Below are positions 1 through 10,161 of a stretch of 64,000 nt of DNA, piece by piece; the stretch's first letter is position 1, and each line of letters begins with the position of its first letter. This stretch comes from an uncultured Rikenella sp. GTDB taxonomy: Bacteria; Bacteroidota; Bacteroidia; Bacteroidales; VadinHA17. The notes under the pieces were generated by a model, which was not told the origin of the DNA, ran no database searches, and worked only from the letters and a program-made list of their open reading frames with translations. The translations under genes were made by a program, and so were the position numbers. Where the stretch lies: the NCBI GenBank assembly GCA_964455705.1, contig CAYVYM010000004.1:2769-66768 (forward strand), in the 5' to 3' direction.

Positions 1-4
1 AGTA

Positions 5-586
5 ATGAGCTACACACTTCAGCCAGGCCAGAAAGCCCCGGATTTCAGGCTCCCCGCCACCGACGGCAGGGAATACAGCCTGTCAGACTTTGATGACTAC
101 CCGTATCTGGTGGTCTTCTTCACATGCAATCATTGTCCGTATGTCATCGGGTCTGATGAGATTACAAGAGCCACCGTGAAGAAGTATAGTGATGCCGGAG
201 TGGCCTTCGTAGGCATCAACTCTAACAGCGAGAAGACATACGAAGAGGACAGCTTCCCTAACATGGTGAAACGCATGAGGGAGCATAATTTCCCGTGGAA
301 ATACCTGTATGACAAGGACCAGGTAGTTGTCAGGGCTTACGGCGGGCTGAAAACGCCGCACTTCTTTGTCTTCAACCGTGACAGGGTGCTGGTCTATACC
401 GGCAGGGGTGTTGACTCTCCCCGTGACACCTCGCGCATGACAGTCAATGACCTTGACAGGGTGCTTGATGAGCTTACATCGGGCAGGGATATATCTGTAC
501 CGGTAACTAACCCCCTCGGCTGCAACATCAAATGGGAAGGCAAAGAAGCCAAATGGATGCCACCTGAAGCGTGTGATCTTGTATGA
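5..586 (+). CDS. Thioredoxin-fold redoxin (AhpC/TSA-like thiol-disulfide oxidoreductase)
   Basis: 193-aa ORF. It has the CxxC motif [10 protein letters not shown] and a conserved-looking C-terminal GCNIKW. Its stop overlaps the next start (ATGA at 583-586). Confidence 0.8.
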   Translation: MSYTLQPGQKAPDFRLPATDGREYSLSDFDDYPYLVVFFTCNHCPYVIGSDEITRATVKKYSDAGVAFVGINSNSEKTYEEDSFPNMVKRMREHNFPWKYLYDKDQVVVRAYGGLKTPHFFVFNRDRVLVYTGRGVDSPRDTSRMTVNDLDRVLDELTSGRDISVPVTNPLGCNIKWEGKEAKWMPPEACDLV

Positions 587-1470
587 GCACTCCGGCCATA
601 AACATAACCAGCCTTACTAAGAGCTATGGCAGGGACAGGGGGATTGAGGATATCAACCTCCAGGTTGAGGAGGGTGAGATATTCGGTTTCATTGGCCCCA
701 ATGGGGCCGGTAAATCGACTACAATCAGGGTGTTGCTGAACCTGTTGTTTCCTACTTCGGGGAAAGCGCAAATAATGGGTATGGACGTGGTCAGGGATTC
801 AAAAAAGATCAAGTATCACACCGGTTATGTTCCATCGGATGCGAATGCTTACACGCATATGGAATCTGATGATTTTTTGAGGTACTGCGGCCGGTTTTTC
901 AATCCTGACGGCCATGAGAGGAGAATCAGTGAACTGTCGGAGTTGTTCGAGGTAGACCGTAAAAGAAAGATCTCGGATCTTTCAATGGGGAACCGGAAGA
1001 AAATATCAATTATTCAGAGCCTCCTGCATGAACCGAAACTCCTGATTGTTGATGAGCCTACCATGGGCCTTGATCCGCTGATGCAGGCCAGGTTCTTTGA
1101 GCTGTTGAGGTCAGAGAACCGTAAGGGTATGACTGTATTTTATTCGTCGCACACGCTGAGTGATGTGCAGATGTTGTGCAAGCGTGTTGCAATCATCAGG
1201 GAGGGCAGGATCATCAAGGTGGAAGAGATAGAGACCCTCAGAAAGAGACAGCTGAAAAAGATATATATCGAATTCAATGATCTGAATGACAATACTTTAA
1301 TTAAATTGCCAGGAATTGAGGACACTCCCCTGGTTTCAGGCAGAACGGTTAAATTCCTCTACTCCGGAGATATCAACAGGCTCCTTTCTACGCTCAGTAA
1401 CCGGGATATTACCGATATGACTATAGAGGAGCCTTCACTTGAGGAGATCTTCATGCATTACTATAACTAA
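583..1470 (+). CDS. ABC transporter ATP-binding protein
   Basis: Walker [13 protein letters not shown] signature LSMGNRKK, Walker B LLIVDEPT and H-loop SSHTL are all present. Confidence 0.95.
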   Translation: MSTPAINITSLTKSYGRDRGIEDINLQVEEGEIFGFIGPNGAGKSTTIRVLLNLLFPTSGKAQIMGMDVVRDSKKIKYHTGYVPSDANAYTHMESDDFLRYCGRFFNPDGHERRISELSELFEVDRKRKISDLSMGNRKKISIIQSLLHEPKLLIVDEPTMGLDPLMQARFFELLRSENRKGMTVFYSSHTLSDVQMLCKRVAIIREGRIIKVEEIETLRKRQLKKIYIEFNDLNDNTLIKLPGIEDTPLVSGRTVKFLYSGDINRLLSTLSNRDITDMTIEEPSLEEIFMHYYN

Positions 1471-1485
1471 ACACCGGTCCGTAAA

Positions 1486-2295
1486 ATGAACAGCAACCTG
1501 TTTTTCAGGGAATTAAAAAGCAATGCGTTAACCCTGCTTATATGGACTGCAGTAATAACAGCTCTTACAGCTTTTACGATGTCATTCTATGGTGTCTTCC
1601 TGGAAAACAACCAGAAGATTCTTGCCATGATCAGCATTCTCCCGGAGGGAACCCTGCAGTTCAAGGGTATCTCGGATGTTGACGACCTGTTTTCAGTACT
1701 GGGATTTTATTCCGCCAACAATGTCATATATATGCTTGTGCTGGGCAGCATCTATTCGATTGTGCTCTCTTCGGGTATCCTGCTCAGGGAGGAATACAAC
1801 AAAACGGCGGAATTTCTGCTGGCCTGGCCCCTGACCCGTGGAGAGATCTTCTTCAGCAAGGCGGCAGTTGTATTTCTGAATGTATTAGTGATAAATGTTG
1901 TAACCGCAATTGCCGGATACATTACACTGGAGATCGTCAAGAGAGAACCTTTCAGTACGGAGGCCTTTTTAGTAATGACGCTCTATACCCTCCTGCTCAA
2001 CCTGTTTTTCGCCTCGCTCGGACTCTTCATGTCAACCCTCGTGAAGAGAGCCAGACCGATAACCACCCTCAGCATCGGCCTGGTGCTTATCCTCTATTTC
2101 ATATTCACCATCTCGAACATTACAGAGAGCCTTTCGGCTATAGGTTATGTGAGTCCCTACAAATTCGTAAACCTCGATACACTGGACCCGAATTATGCGA
2201 TTGAGTTCATCTCTGTTCTCTATTTTACAGTATTGTCACTGCTTATGATATTAACCGCTTTCAGAATATATAAACGCAAGGACATCTATTTATAA
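1486..2295 (+). CDS. ABC-2 type transporter permease
   Basis: 269 aa with about six hydrophobic segments. It starts 16 nt downstream of the ATPase gene on the same strand. Confidence 0.75.
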   Translation: MNSNLFFRELKSNALTLLIWTAVITALTAFTMSFYGVFLENNQKILAMISILPEGTLQFKGISDVDDLFSVLGFYSANNVIYMLVLGSIYSIVLSSGILLREEYNKTAEFLLAWPLTRGEIFFSKAAVVFLNVLVINVVTAIAGYITLEIVKREPFSTEAFLVMTLYTLLLNLFFASLGLFMSTLVKRARPITTLSIGLVLILYFIFTISNITESLSAIGYVSPYKFVNLDTLDPNYAIEFISVLYFTVLSLLMILTAFRIYKRKDIYL

Positions 2296-2312
2296 ATCTT
2301 AGCAACCACGAA

Positions 2313-3824
2313 ATGAAACCATCAAAATACGTAATTACCGTGCTGGCAGCTTCTCTATTTACAGGCAATGTGTTACAGGCACAGGACTATTCAAAAAGCA
2401 TTTTTGACGGACATAATGATGTCGGAGTCTGCAAGCTCAAGGGGGACCTTCAGTATATGCCTGGGAACCAGGAATATATTATCACCGGGTCAGGTGACAA
2501 TATCTGGTTCGGCGAGGATCAGTTCCATTATACCTGGAAGAAGCTCAGCGGAGACTTCATACTTCGTGCGAACATCAGTTTCATTGGCGAAGGCAGTCAT
2601 GAGCACCGCAAGGCCGGGTGGATGATCCGCCAGAGCCTCGAAACAGGGTCGCCACACGTCAGCGGCACGGTCCATGGCGACGGGCTGACATCATTGCAAT
2701 ACCGGACTTCAGAGGGAGCTGAGACCTCCGAGCACAGATCTCCGGTAACAGCACCTGACGTCATCCAGCTTGAACGGAAGGGTGATAAGTTTATCTTCTC
2801 CTGCGCCGCGGCCGGGAATCAATTTGAATCTGTAATGATAAGTGACAGCGCAATTGCCGGTGAGGTTTATGCCGGTCTGTTCATCTGTTCGCATGACAAC
2901 AGTGTTTCGGAGAGCGCCAGGTTTACAAATGTACGCATCATCAGGCCGGCGAAGGATGATTTCATGCCATACCGTGATTACCTGGGGAGTAATCTCGAGA
3001 TCATGGATGTTGAGACCGGTCACCGAAAAGTAATTTTTCAGGCTCCCAATTCAATACAGGCACCCAACTGGACACCGGACGGCAAATACCTGATCTACAA
3101 CAGCGAGGGTTTGCTTTACCGGTTTGACCTTGCGACCGGGAAGCCGGTGCAGATCAATTCGGGCTTTGCTACAAGCAACAATAATGACCATGTGCTCTCT
3201 TTCAACGGGAAGATGCTGGGTATCAGCCATCATGTGGCTGAGGAGGATAACAAATCAATCATCTTCATAATGCCAGCCGCCGGAGGCACACCGGAACGCA
3301 TCACAGCAAAGGGTCCCTCCTACCTCCATGGCTGGTCACCTGATGGCAGATACCTGACCTACACTGCAGAACGAGGCGGCAACTATGATATTTATAAGAC
3401 CGATATAAAGAAGAAGAAGGAGGTCAGGCTTACCGATGCACCCGGACTGGATGACGGGTCAGAGTATTCGCCTGACGGCAGGTATATCTATTTCAACTCG
3501 GCCCGCACCGGGACAATGCAGCTCTGGAGAATGAAACCCGACGGTTCCGGGCAGGAGCAGCTTACCTTTGACAGGTACAACGACTGGTTCCCGCACGTCT
3601 CGCCGGACGGGAAAAACATAGTCTTCCTCTCCTTCATGCCTGAAGTTAAAGCTGATGATCACCCTTTCTACAAACATGTGTATATCAGGATGATGCCGGC
3701 AGAAGGAGGCACTCCGGAAGTCATTGCATATCTTTACGGAGGCCAGGGCTCCATCAATGTGCCAAGCTGGTCGCCTGACGGAAAACAGATAGCATTTGTT
3801 ACCAACACCGGTCCGACAGAATGA
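2313..3824 (+). CDS. PD40/TolB-like beta-propeller protein with an unassigned N-terminal domain of about 200 aa
   Basis: Signal peptide present. Five PD40-type repeats follow the N-terminal domain: WTPDGKYLIY, WSPDGRYLTY, YSPDGRYIYF, VSPDGKNIVF and WSPDGKQIAF. Confidence 0.8.
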   Translation: MKPSKYVITVLAASLFTGNVLQAQDYSKSIFDGHNDVGVCKLKGDLQYMPGNQEYIITGSGDNIWFGEDQFHYTWKKLSGDFILRANISFIGEGSHEHRKAGWMIRQSLETGSPHVSGTVHGDGLTSLQYRTSEGAETSEHRSPVTAPDVIQLERKGDKFIFSCAAAGNQFESVMISDSAIAGEVYAGLFICSHDNSVSESARFTNVRIIRPAKDDFMPYRDYLGSNLEIMDVETGHRKVIFQAPNSIQAPNWTPDGKYLIYNSEGLLYRFDLATGKPVQINSGFATSNNNDHVLSFNGKMLGISHHVAEEDNKSIIFIMPAAGGTPERITAKGPSYLHGWSPDGRYLTYTAERGGNYDIYKTDIKKKKEVRLTDAPGLDDGSEYSPDGRYIYFNSARTGTMQLWRMKPDGSGQEQLTFDRYNDWFPHVSPDGKNIVFLSFMPEVKADDHPFYKHVYIRMMPAEGGTPEVIAYLYGGQGSINVPSWSPDGKQIAFVTNTGPTE

Positions 3825-3896
3825 ACGAAATCAAATCAGGCAATCAATTAAAGCACAAACAGAGTCTGGTTCTGTGAGATAAATCCGGGAGACTGT

Positions 3897-5642
3897 ATGA
3901 TCAGGATAAGAAAAATCACCAACCCATACCTTGAGGCAAATCTGAAGAAGATTGAGGAGGTAAAGGAGATCATCAGGAAGCAGTTTTCGATGATATCGGA
4001 GAATAAGATTGAAGAGATTGACTCGCAGCTTGTTGACCCGTTAAAGCATAAGTTTCAGACTTCCCTGTTCATTTCAGAGGACATTCATGAAACTGTCAGG
4101 GCTTTTGCTATATTGTTTTTCATGCCTGACCTGAAATTCTGCTTCCTTGATTATATTGCCTCGGCTCCTGACAGATCATCATCGGGTCTGGGAGGGGCGC
4201 TGTATGAAAGGGTCAGGGAGGAGGCTGTCTCGCTTGACGCCACCGGGCTCTTTTTTGAATGCCTCCCTGACGACCCGGCACTTTGCAGCGACCCGCAAAC
4301 ACTGGGGCAGAACCGCAAGAGGCTTGCTTTTTATGAGCGCTTCGGAGCGCGACCCATTGATAATACTCTTTACGCAACCCCTGTCAAGCCTGATGAAGAC
4401 TGTCCGCCTTACCTTGTATTTGACGGACTGGGTAGAAATGAACCCCTGACACGCAAGAATGCCCGTGAGATCGTGAAGGCCATCCTGGAAAGGAAATACG
4501 GTGATTATTCAGACAGCCAGTACAATGAGATGGTCATCAATAGTTTTGCAGATGACCCTGTCACAATAAGGGCACCACGCTACACGCGCAAAAAGGTTCT
4601 GCCAGAGGGAGGCACCGGCCTGCCGGTAAGAAAGAAGATATGGCTGGCCGTCAATGACCGTCACTCAATCCATCACATCAGGGAGCGCGGGTATGTGGAA
4701 TCTCCTGTCAGGGTAAAGAGCATCCTGAGGGAGCTTGACAAGAGCGGGCTGTTCAGGTCGGGGAAGGTCAGGGAGTATCCTGACAGACATATCCTTGAGG
4801 TGCATGATCCCAATTACTTCAGTTATTTCAAAAAAGTATGTCAGAACATACCCAGGGGAGAATCGGTCTATCCGTATGTATTCCCCATACGGTATGCTTC
4901 ACGAGCCCCCAAGGAGCTTTCAGTGCGTGCGGGATACTACTGTTTTGATACCTTCACTCCCCTGAACCAGAATGCCTTTCTTGCGGCACGCTGGGGAGTG
5001 AACTGCACGATGAGTGCTGCTGACGAGATACTTGCCGGCACCAGGTATGCCTATGTGCTCACCCGTCCGCCCGGACACCACACGGAAAGGTCAGTCTTCG
5101 GTGGCTTCTGCTACTTTAACAACTGCGCCATTGCAGCCCATCACATGAGTAAGAACGGAAGAGTTGCAATCATTGACATCGATTATCACCATGGCAACGG
5201 TCAGCAGAACATCTTTTACCGTAGGAAAGATGTGCTGACTATCTCACTGCATGGGCATCCCTCATTTGCTTACCCTTATTTCTCGGGGTTTGAGGAGGAG
5301 AAGGGTGAAGGTGACGGATTGGGATTCAATCACAATTTTCCGTTGGCTGAAAAGTTGCCTGCCGAACAGTACAGGAAAACACTGAAGAGAGCTCTGAAGG
5401 TCATCGGTGACTATAGGCCGGACTATCTGATTGTTGCCCTGGGTCTTGATCCGGCTAAGGGTGACCCCACCGGAACATGGAGTTTCGGACATGACGATTT
5501 CGAAGCCAACGGTGCCATGATTGGCAGGCTGAAGCTGCCGACACTTGTGGTTCAGGAGGGGGGATACAAAACCCAGTCGCTTGGTATAAATGCCAGGGCA
5601 TTCTTCACCGGCCTTCATAAAGCCTATAACAGAATATCCTGA
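3897..5642 (+). CDS. Histone-deacetylase-family (acetylpolyamine/acetyl-lysine amidohydrolase-like) enzyme fused to an N-terminal GNAT-like acetyltransferase domain
   Basis: The C-terminal part (about aa 246-581) carries the HDAC motifs RPPGHH, DIDYHHGNGQQ, GLDPAKGDP and QEGGY. The N-terminal part carries GNAT-like motif A (SSSGLGGALYERVREEA) and motif B (RLAFYERFGARPI). Confidence 0.8.
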   Translation: MIRIRKITNPYLEANLKKIEEVKEIIRKQFSMISENKIEEIDSQLVDPLKHKFQTSLFISEDIHETVRAFAILFFMPDLKFCFLDYIASAPDRSSSGLGGALYERVREEAVSLDATGLFFECLPDDPALCSDPQTLGQNRKRLAFYERFGARPIDNTLYATPVKPDEDCPPYLVFDGLGRNEPLTRKNAREIVKAILERKYGDYSDSQYNEMVINSFADDPVTIRAPRYTRKKVLPEGGTGLPVRKKIWLAVNDRHSIHHIRERGYVESPVRVKSILRELDKSGLFRSGKVREYPDRHILEVHDPNYFSYFKKVCQNIPRGESVYPYVFPIRYASRAPKELSVRAGYYCFDTFTPLNQNAFLAARWGVNCTMSAADEILAGTRYAYVLTRPPGHHTERSVFGGFCYFNNCAIAAHHMSKNGRVAIIDIDYHHGNGQQNIFYRRKDVLTISLHGHPSFAYPYFSGFEEEKGEGDGLGFNHNFPLAEKLPAEQYRKTLKRALKVIGDYRPDYLIVALGLDPAKGDPTGTWSFGHDDFEANGAMIGRLKLPTLVVQEGGYKTQSLGINARAFFTGLHKAYNRIS

Positions 5643-5828
5643 TAAATCATTTACCTGTTATGCGCATATTTGTAATATTGCAGTGCAATTCGGACAAAAT
5701 GAAAATCCTCATATGGGGTGTAGCTGTCTGAGGCACTATTCAAATCGCTGAATATGCAGACAACTCATTTGTAACGATAGAAAACATAAGATTTTATAAA
5801 CATAAAGAGCATATAAAACTTAAGAACC

Positions 5829-7784
5829 ATGACAATGAATAAACTATTGATTTCATGTGCAATCATACTTGTCTCAATGACCGGGTGTGCTAAAAAGATG
5901 GATATGAGCGTGATGAGTCCCGGTGGTGACATCAGGGTGACTGTTCATACCAGAGGCGACGGATTCGCCCATTACTCTGTTTATTACCGTGATACCGCAG
6001 TAATTGAGAATGGACGGTTAGGTCTGATCAGGTCTGACGGCGACTTTTCTACAGGGCTTACACTTGGATCAGTATCCGAACTGAGCCAGGTAAATGAGAG
6101 TTACACCCTTTCCCATGGAAAGACCAGGGAGGCTGATTATAAGGCGATGAGGCGCACATATCATTTCACCGGCATCTCAGGGGAGTCAATGGAGATAATC
6201 TTCCAGGTCTCTGATGACGGTGTGGCCTTCTGCTACTCATTCCAGGGTATCGCCGAAGATATTAAGTCCATCACAGGGGAGAAAAGTTCGTTCAGTTTCC
6301 CCACCGCAACAACAGCGTGGATCCAGCCACGGGCAGCAGCAAAATCCGGATGGAACCAGTCCAATCCTTCTTACGAGGAGCATTACCTGGAGGAGGTCAG
6401 GCTGGATGAGATTTCTCCCGACATTAACGGATACGTATTCCCGGCATTATTCAGGACTGCAAACTGCTGGGTGAACCTGACCGAGAGCTGGCCTGACCGA
6501 AACTACTGCGGGAGTCATCTCGGCAAAGGCGAAGGGACAAATGAGATGGTTATAGAGTTCCCCGAGGCATCCGAGGGATATACCGGAGGGTCAGTCTACC
6601 CTCAGTCGGCTCTCCCATGGACCACCCCCTGGCGAATCATTACAATGGGAGGAACGCCCGGCGTGTTTGTTGAATCAACCCATGGCACTGACCTGGCCAG
6701 GGCACCTGCAGGAGAAGATTTCAGTTATGTCAAACCCGGCCGGGCAGCATGGAGCTGGGTGCTGATGAAGGATCCGTCAGTCAACTTTGAGGTACAGAAG
6801 GAGTTTATAGGTTACGCGTCGGAGATGGGCTGGGAATACTGCCTTGTAGATGCAAACTGGGATACAACCATTGGTTGGGAAAAGATAGCCGAGCTTTCCG
6901 CGATGGCAGCCAGGCAGAACGTGGAACTGATACTGTGGTACAACTCTGCCGGCGACTGGAACACGGTGCCATACCATCCTAAAGACAAGCTTCTGACTCA
7001 TGAGAGTCGTGTTAGCGAATTCTCCAGGCTTGAAGGGCTGGGCATCAAGGGCATCAAGGTCGACTTCTTTGGCGGCGACGGGCAGTCGATGATGGACTAC
7101 TACCAGGATTTGCTTGCCGATGCTCATGAATATCACCTGATGGTAAACTGCCATGGCTCTACCCTTCCGAGAGGATTGCACCGCACATGGCCCAACCTGG
7201 TGTCTATGGAGGCGGTGCGTGGGCTTGAGTTCGCCACCTTCGATCAGGAGAGCGCCGACAAGGTACCTTCAAAGGCCACAACACTGGCGTTCATCCGGAA
7301 CGCCTTTGATCCCATGGATTTCACACCGGTGTGCTTCACCGAATATGACAATTTCGAGCGTGTCACAGGTAACGGCGCAGAGCTGGCAATGGCAGTACTG
7401 TTCCTTTCAGGCGTGCAGCACTACGGCGAGACCCGCCGGGGCATGAGCGGGATGCCTGACTATGTTAAGCATATGATGCGTGACATACCTGTTGCCTGGG
7501 ATGAAACACGGTTCATAGACGGTTATCCGGGCAGGTACCTGGTTATTGCCCGCAGAAGCGGAACCAGCTGGTATGTCGCCGGTATCAATGCTGAAAAAGA
7601 GCCCCGTGAAATCAACCTTCATCTGCCTTTTATTGCCAATCGTGACGGAATACTCATCACTGAGAATGACACACCACGTTCATTCAGAAAAGAGGTGGCC
7701 ATAATTGATACTCAGGGAAACTCCAGCGTCAAAATGGAATCCAACGGAGGTTTTGTGATGAGGTTTGAAAAGGCTCTGCAATAA
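5829..7784 (+). CDS. Glycoside hydrolase family 97 (SusB-like alpha-glucosidase/alpha-galactosidase)
   Basis: Lipoprotein-type signal (LVSMTGC). The N-terminal pattern SPGGDIRVTV..YSVYYRD..LGL and the barrel motif GIKGIKVDFFGGDGQ are typical of GH97, recognised from memory. Confidence 0.75.
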   Translation: MTMNKLLISCAIILVSMTGCAKKMDMSVMSPGGDIRVTVHTRGDGFAHYSVYYRDTAVIENGRLGLIRSDGDFSTGLTLGSVSELSQVNESYTLSHGKTREADYKAMRRTYHFTGISGESMEIIFQVSDDGVAFCYSFQGIAEDIKSITGEKSSFSFPTATTAWIQPRAAAKSGWNQSNPSYEEHYLEEVRLDEISPDINGYVFPALFRTANCWVNLTESWPDRNYCGSHLGKGEGTNEMVIEFPEASEGYTGGSVYPQSALPWTTPWRIITMGGTPGVFVESTHGTDLARAPAGEDFSYVKPGRAAWSWVLMKDPSVNFEVQKEFIGYASEMGWEYCLVDANWDTTIGWEKIAELSAMAARQNVELILWYNSAGDWNTVPYHPKDKLLTHESRVSEFSRLEGLGIKGIKVDFFGGDGQSMMDYYQDLLADAHEYHLMVNCHGSTLPRGLHRTWPNLVSMEAVRGLEFATFDQESADKVPSKATTLAFIRNAFDPMDFTPVCFTEYDNFERVTGNGAELAMAVLFLSGVQHYGETRRGMSGMPDYVKHMMRDIPVAWDETRFIDGYPGRYLVIARRSGTSWYVAGINAEKEPREINLHLPFIANRDGILITENDTPRSFRKEVAIIDTQGNSSVKMESNGGFVMRFEKALQ

Positions 7785-7797
7785 ACAGGCATTAGCC

Positions 7798-10161
7798 ATG
7801 AAAAAAGTATTTATACCGCTCATTACCGGCCTTTTACTTTTGTCAGGATGCAGCCTTTTCAGCAAACCTGACAGCGCGAATGTTTTATGGTACGATTCGC
7901 CTGCCATGGAGTGGACCGAAGCGCTTCCCGTTGGCAACGGGCGACTGGGCGGGATGCTGTTCGGCAATCCTTCGGTTGAGAGGCTGCAGGTGAATGAGGA
8001 GTCGCTCTGGGGAGGAATAAACGTTCCCAATAACAACCCGGGTGCACTGGCGAACCTTCCGCGGATACGGAAACTCATCCTTGAGGGAAAGATCGCGGAG
8101 GCATATGAGCTTGCCGAGAAGCATCTTGCAGGCATACCGGGCAAGACAAGATCATACCAGACTTTGGGAGATATTTACTTTCAGTTTGCCGATACCTCCG
8201 GCAAGATAACCGATTACCGGCGTGAGCTGAATCTTGAGACAGGCATAGCCAGGGTTAGCTTCGAGAGGGGCGGTGGTAAGGTTGAGTACGAGGTTTATTC
8301 ATCAGTCCACGATAACATCATGGTCATCTCGATGAAATCAGAGAATGAGGGCGGGCTTGACATGTCACTCTCTCTGCAACGACCGCAGGATGCTGTTATC
8401 ACCGTGACTGAGAACCGCATAGACATGGAGGGACAGATAGTTGACCCCGAAGATCCCACCCTGGGTCCGGCAGGCGAACACATGAAGTTTTTTGCCTCGC
8501 TGATGATAATGAGCTGTGACGGGACACTCACCCCGGCTGACACTGTCTTGCAATACTCGGGCGGTACTGAAATGGTGCTCTTTTTCAACGCCTGCACTGA
8601 CTACAACATTGATGGCCTCAACATTGACCGCTCCGTTGACCCCCGGAAGCGTTGCATGGAGGCAATAAGTGCTGCCTCCTGGAAATCGTTTAAGTTACTG
8701 AGAGAGTCACACATCACTGAACACAGTGGCATGTTCAACCGTGTCAGTCTGTCGCTTGGCGGTGACCGCACCGCTGACTCCATACCCACTGATGAGCGGC
8801 TCAGAAGGTTCCAGGCCGGGGCTGATGATCCGGGTCTTATAGCCACATATTTTCAGTATGGCCGATACCTGCTGATGGGTTCATCACGTGGTCCGGCGCA
8901 GTTGCCTGCCAACCTCCAGGGAATTTGGAACAAGGATCTGCTGGCACCCTGGAACTCCGACTACCACACCAACATCAACCTCCAGATGAATTACTGGCCT
9001 GCGGAAGTCTGTAACCTCAGCGAGACCGCTGAGCCGCTGATCGGGTTCATTGAAGAGCTGACGGTACCGGGTGGGGCAACAGCAAGTGAAATGTATGGTG
9101 CGAAGGGGTGGACCATGCATCAAACAACAGATGCCTTCGGCAAGACAGCGGTGCTTGACGGGGTTTACTGGGGCATGTTTCCGATGGGCGGAGCCTGGAT
9201 GACCCTGCCGCTGTGGGAGCATTATGAATTTACAGATGACACGGTCTATCTGCGTGAGAGAGCTTACCCTGTCATGAAGGGAGCCGCGGAGTTTATTACC
9301 GGATTCCTTGTTGAAGACGCAGAAGGTAATCTTGTCACCGTTCCCTCCTACTCACCGGAGAACAGTTACATTGACCCCCTGTCAGGCGAGGAATTCAAGC
9401 TTACATATGCTCCGACTATGGACAACCAGATCATCAGGGAGGTACTTGTCAACTGTCAGAAGGCCGCCCGGATTCTTGGCACTGACACCGAGTGGGCCGA
9501 AGGTCTGGATGGTATCCTTGACAAACTGCCACCTGACAGGGTTGCCACCAACGGGACAATTATGGAGTGGATCAGGGAGTATGAAGAGGCAGAACCGGGT
9601 CACAGGCACATGTCGCACCTTTTCGGGCTTCATCCGGGCACGCATATAACCCCAGAGACACCTGAACTGTTTTCGGCAGCCCGCAAAACGCTTGAGAGGC
9701 GAATGGCGAACGGCGGCGGTCATACAGGCTGGAGCAGGGCATGGATAATCAACCTTTACGCGCGCCTCCTTGACGGCAACGAGAGCTACAGGCACCTGAG
9801 ACAGCTGCTTGAGAAATCGACCCTTCCGAACCTGTTTGACAACCATCCTCCCTTCCAGATTGACGGAAACTTCGGGGGTACGGCCGGCATCGCAGAGATG
9901 CTTCTGCAGAGCCACAATAATGTTGTACGTATCCTGCCCGCACTACCCGACGCATGGCCTGAGGGTGAGGTAACAGGACTGAAGGCAAGGGGTAACTTTG
10001 AGATCGGCATAGAGTGGAGTAACGGTATAGCCGGCCAGATCACGGTGAAATCGCTTTCAGGTGCGCCATTGGACCTGGCTTACCGGGGTAACAGTGTTTC
10101 AATGGAAACTGAAAAAGGCTCTTCCTACAGATTTGACAGTGATCTGAAATGGACAAAGTAA
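7798..10161 (+). CDS. Glycoside hydrolase family 95 (alpha-L-fucosidase-like)
   Basis: The ATG at 7798 gives the lipoprotein signal MKKVFIPLITGLLLLSGC and avoids overlap with the GH97 gene. Motifs WYDSPAMEWTEALPVGNGRLGGM, NINLQMNYWPAE and GHTGWSRAW are present. Confidence 0.8.
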   Translation: MKKVFIPLITGLLLLSGCSLFSKPDSANVLWYDSPAMEWTEALPVGNGRLGGMLFGNPSVERLQVNEESLWGGINVPNNNPGALANLPRIRKLILEGKIAEAYELAEKHLAGIPGKTRSYQTLGDIYFQFADTSGKITDYRRELNLETGIARVSFERGGGKVEYEVYSSVHDNIMVISMKSENEGGLDMSLSLQRPQDAVITVTENRIDMEGQIVDPEDPTLGPAGEHMKFFASLMIMSCDGTLTPADTVLQYSGGTEMVLFFNACTDYNIDGLNIDRSVDPRKRCMEAISAASWKSFKLLRESHITEHSGMFNRVSLSLGGDRTADSIPTDERLRRFQAGADDPGLIATYFQYGRYLLMGSSRGPAQLPANLQGIWNKDLLAPWNSDYHTNINLQMNYWPAEVCNLSETAEPLIGFIEELTVPGGATASEMYGAKGWTMHQTTDAFGKTAVLDGVYWGMFPMGGAWMTLPLWEHYEFTDDTVYLRERAYPVMKGAAEFITGFLVEDAEGNLVTVPSYSPENSYIDPLSGEEFKLTYAPTMDNQIIREVLVNCQKAARILGTDTEWAEGLDGILDKLPPDRVATNGTIMEWIREYEEAEPGHRHMSHLFGLHPGTHITPETPELFSAARKTLERRMANGGGHTGWSRAWIINLYARLLDGNESYRHLRQLLEKSTLPNLFDNHPPFQIDGNFGGTAGIAEMLLQSHNNVVRILPALPDAWPEGEVTGLKARGNFEIGIEWSNGIAGQITVKSLSGAPLDLAYRGNSVSMETEKGSSYRFDSDLKWTK

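Noticed and set aside
9382-9915. A 177-aa antisense ORF inside the GH95 gene, plus similar ORFs at 7680-8144 and 53593-54042
   Set aside because: These are shadow ORFs opposite long, motif-supported genes, with no start context or motifs of their own.
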